A DNA stretch of 6,455 bases from a virus. Taxonomy: Duplodnaviria; Heunggongvirae; Uroviricota; Caudoviricetes. Below the pieces are notes generated by a model. That model searched no databases. It worked only from the letters and a program-made list of their open reading frames with translations, and had not been told where the DNA came from. Both the position numbers and the translations under genes were made by a program. Positions 5,418-6,455 of the stretch are shown piece by piece; the first letter of the stretch is position 1, and the number at the start of each line of letters is the position of its first letter. Where the stretch lies: the IMG/VR virus record IMGVR_UViG_2751185961_000002; one strand, 5' to 3'.

Positions 5418-5637
5418 CTCACAATTCCACAGCTTGATGATTGTCTGGCTGCCGGAGAATTTGTTAAAAATTACATCGCGTGGTGAATCCCCCTCAGCGG
5501 CGGGGCATCTGGCAAAGTGTATGATCCAGCGAACATGCAAATTCAGTAGCCAGGCTGAATTTACCGGGAGGCACCTGGCACCATGCGACAGACAGAAATT
5601 AGGCTATACTTCAGCCCCTCTCCGGAGGGGCTTTTCT
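5418..5637 (+). repeat. Late-leader repeat unit A (about 220 nt), ending in an intrinsic terminator
   Basis: Shares with unit C the blocks CTCACAATTC, ATTGTCTGGC, TTTGTTAAAAA, TGGTGAATCCCC...GGGGCAT, ACCGGGAGGCACC.GGCACCATGC and the terminator CAGCCCCTCTCCGGAGGGGCTTT. Terminator stem GCCCCTC (5614-5620) / GAGGGGC (5625-5631), loop TCCG, then TTTTCT. Confidence 0.6.
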
Positions 5638-5689
5638 GTGCAGGATGTATCACAGTTTCCTGAATTCTGAGTACTGTCCTGTTACTCAG

Positions 5690-5849
5690 GGTGCTATATT
5701 TTCTGACGTGATGAAAGTCTGCCGGAAGGCGGAACGTATCGGAAATGACCCAGTAGAGAAAACGTTGACTCAGATACCGATGCTGAGTTACCGGGAAACC
5801 GGCATCACATGACCGCTATCCTTCCAGGCTCGCTCCGGCGGGCCTTTTT
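5690..5849 (+). repeat. Late-leader repeat unit B (diverged or partial copy), ending in an intrinsic terminator
   Basis: CTGAGTTACCGGGAAACCGGCATCACATGACC aligns with CTGAATTTACCGGGAGGCACCTGGCACCATGCGAC of unit A. Terminator stem GGCTCGC (5827-5833) / GCGGGCC (5838-5844), same TCCG loop, then TTTTT. The 5' boundary is approximate. Confidence 0.45.
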
Positions 5850-5886
5850 ACTGCAGAAAACAGTTTTCCCGTAAAATGCCACGTTA

Positions 5887-6119
5887 CTCACAATTCAGGC
5901 TGGCGATTATTGTCTGGCCAGCGGGAAGTTTGTTAAAAAAATATGGCATGGTGAATCCCCTGTGCGGAGGGGCATATCAGCGACAGGTGTTTGGTCACAC
6001 CCCTTATCCTTTCTGGTGCGGGTTCAGGTGCTGATACTGAACTCACCGGGAGGCACCCGGCACCATGCATGAACGGTACATAGCGCTACTCTCCAGCCCC
6101 TCTCCGGAGGGGCTTTCTT
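5887..6119 (+). repeat. Late-leader repeat unit C (about 233 nt), ending in an intrinsic terminator
   Basis: Same conserved blocks as unit A. Terminator stem GCCCCTC (6096-6102) / GAGGGGC (6107-6113), loop TCCG, then TTTCTT. Confidence 0.6.
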
Positions 6120-6126
6120 GTTGGAT

Positions 6127-6156
6127 AAAAAAAAGCCCGCGCCGGGAAGCGCGGGT
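6127..6156 (-). terminator. Minus-strand rho-independent terminator, face-to-face with the unit C terminator
   Basis: A8 run (6127-6134) then hairpin GCCCGCGC (6135-6142) / GCGCGGGT (6149-6156), loop CGGGAA. Read on the minus strand this is a GC-rich hairpin followed by U8. Confidence 0.5.
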
Positions 6157-6356
6157 GGCAAGGAATAAACAACAAAACGTGAAGTGATCAATTTTCAGCT
6201 GGCGAATAATACCCGACAGTAATCACTCTGCGCAACTGTATGGTCTTTTTCGTATTGCGGGCTGTAGTCATCCTCCTGTTTCTGAACCCTTGTCCATGAC
6301 TGACGTCAGCCCGCACCTTATCTTGATTGCATACACTATCCCTGCCGGGAGGAATA

Positions 6357-6455
6357 ATGGCATTTAAACACTATGACGTGGTCAGGGCATCATCGCCGTC
6401 AGACCTCGCAGGAAAACTGACGCAAAAACTGAAGGAAGGCTGGCAACCCTATGGT
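6357..6455 (+). CDS. 5' end of a late-operon gene, probably a DUF1737-like small phage protein (continues beyond the window)
   Basis: GGGAGGAA SD then ATG 6357; MAFKHYDVVRASSPSDLAGKLTQKLKEGWQPYG... The ...L..KL.EGWQP.G motif resembles small DUF1737 proteins that precede the lysis cassette in lambdoid phages. Family assignment is from memory. Confidence 0.55.
   Translation, partial: MAFKHYDVVRASSPSDLAGKLTQKLKEGWQPYG

Noticed and set aside
5183-5670. ORFs 5183..5422 (-), 5337..5540 (-) and 5377..5670 (+) in the late leader
   Set aside because: They overlap the tRNA-like element, the repeats and the terminator hairpins; the region matches the noncoding lambda late leader as I recall it, and no SD is present.
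5418-6119. CRISPR array
   Set aside because: The repeat units are about 200 nt, diverged and not separated by unique spacers; nothing resembles 25-40-nt CRISPR repeats.
5583-6186. Short ORFs starting at the GGAGG-N12-ATG of repeat units A and C (26 and about 40 codons)
   Set aside because: The shared ...SPSPEGL... segment is just the terminator hairpin translated; unit B lacks the SD and reads a different frame, so conservation is at nucleotide/structure level. Kept as an open possibility in the repeat finding.
6188-6271. Minus-strand 27-codon ORF (MTTARNTKKTIQLRRVITVGYYSPAEN) upstream of the minus-strand terminator
   Set aside because: The only SD-like sequence (AGGAGG) abuts the ATG with zero spacing, and there is no family resemblance. 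Probably not translated, though a leaderless small peptide cannot be excluded.
1-6455. Insertion sequence or transposon
   Set aside because: No transposase-like ORF or terminal inverted repeats; the accessory genes look like phage morons with their own promoter.

Overview
This window looks like a lambdoid (lambda-like) prophage segment from an enterobacterium, running from the end of the early-right operon through the nin region and the Q / late-promoter region into the start of the late operon. All calls are from reading the sequence and from recalled family signatures; no search or tool was run. Plus strand, translationally coupled with ATGA/TGATG overlaps: an ORF6N-domain (Roi/antirepressor-like) gene, ninB, ninE, a ybcO-like DUF1364 gene, rusA, ninH, a small Cys-rich ORF and a 204-aa protein in the Q position. 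Downstream are a candidate pR' promoter, a tR'-like intrinsic terminator, a long noncoding late leader and the first codons of a DUF1737-like late gene. Upstream, on the opposite strand, is an apparent moron: a toxin-first higB-higA pair and a 185-aa protein with an N-terminal zinc ribbon and a C-terminal DUF4145-like signature. That moron is my best candidate for an undescribed defence or exclusion module. The late leader holds a tRNA-like element and three diverged tandem repeat units, each ending in an intrinsic-terminator hairpin. No CRISPR array, rRNA, transposase or IS element was seen.
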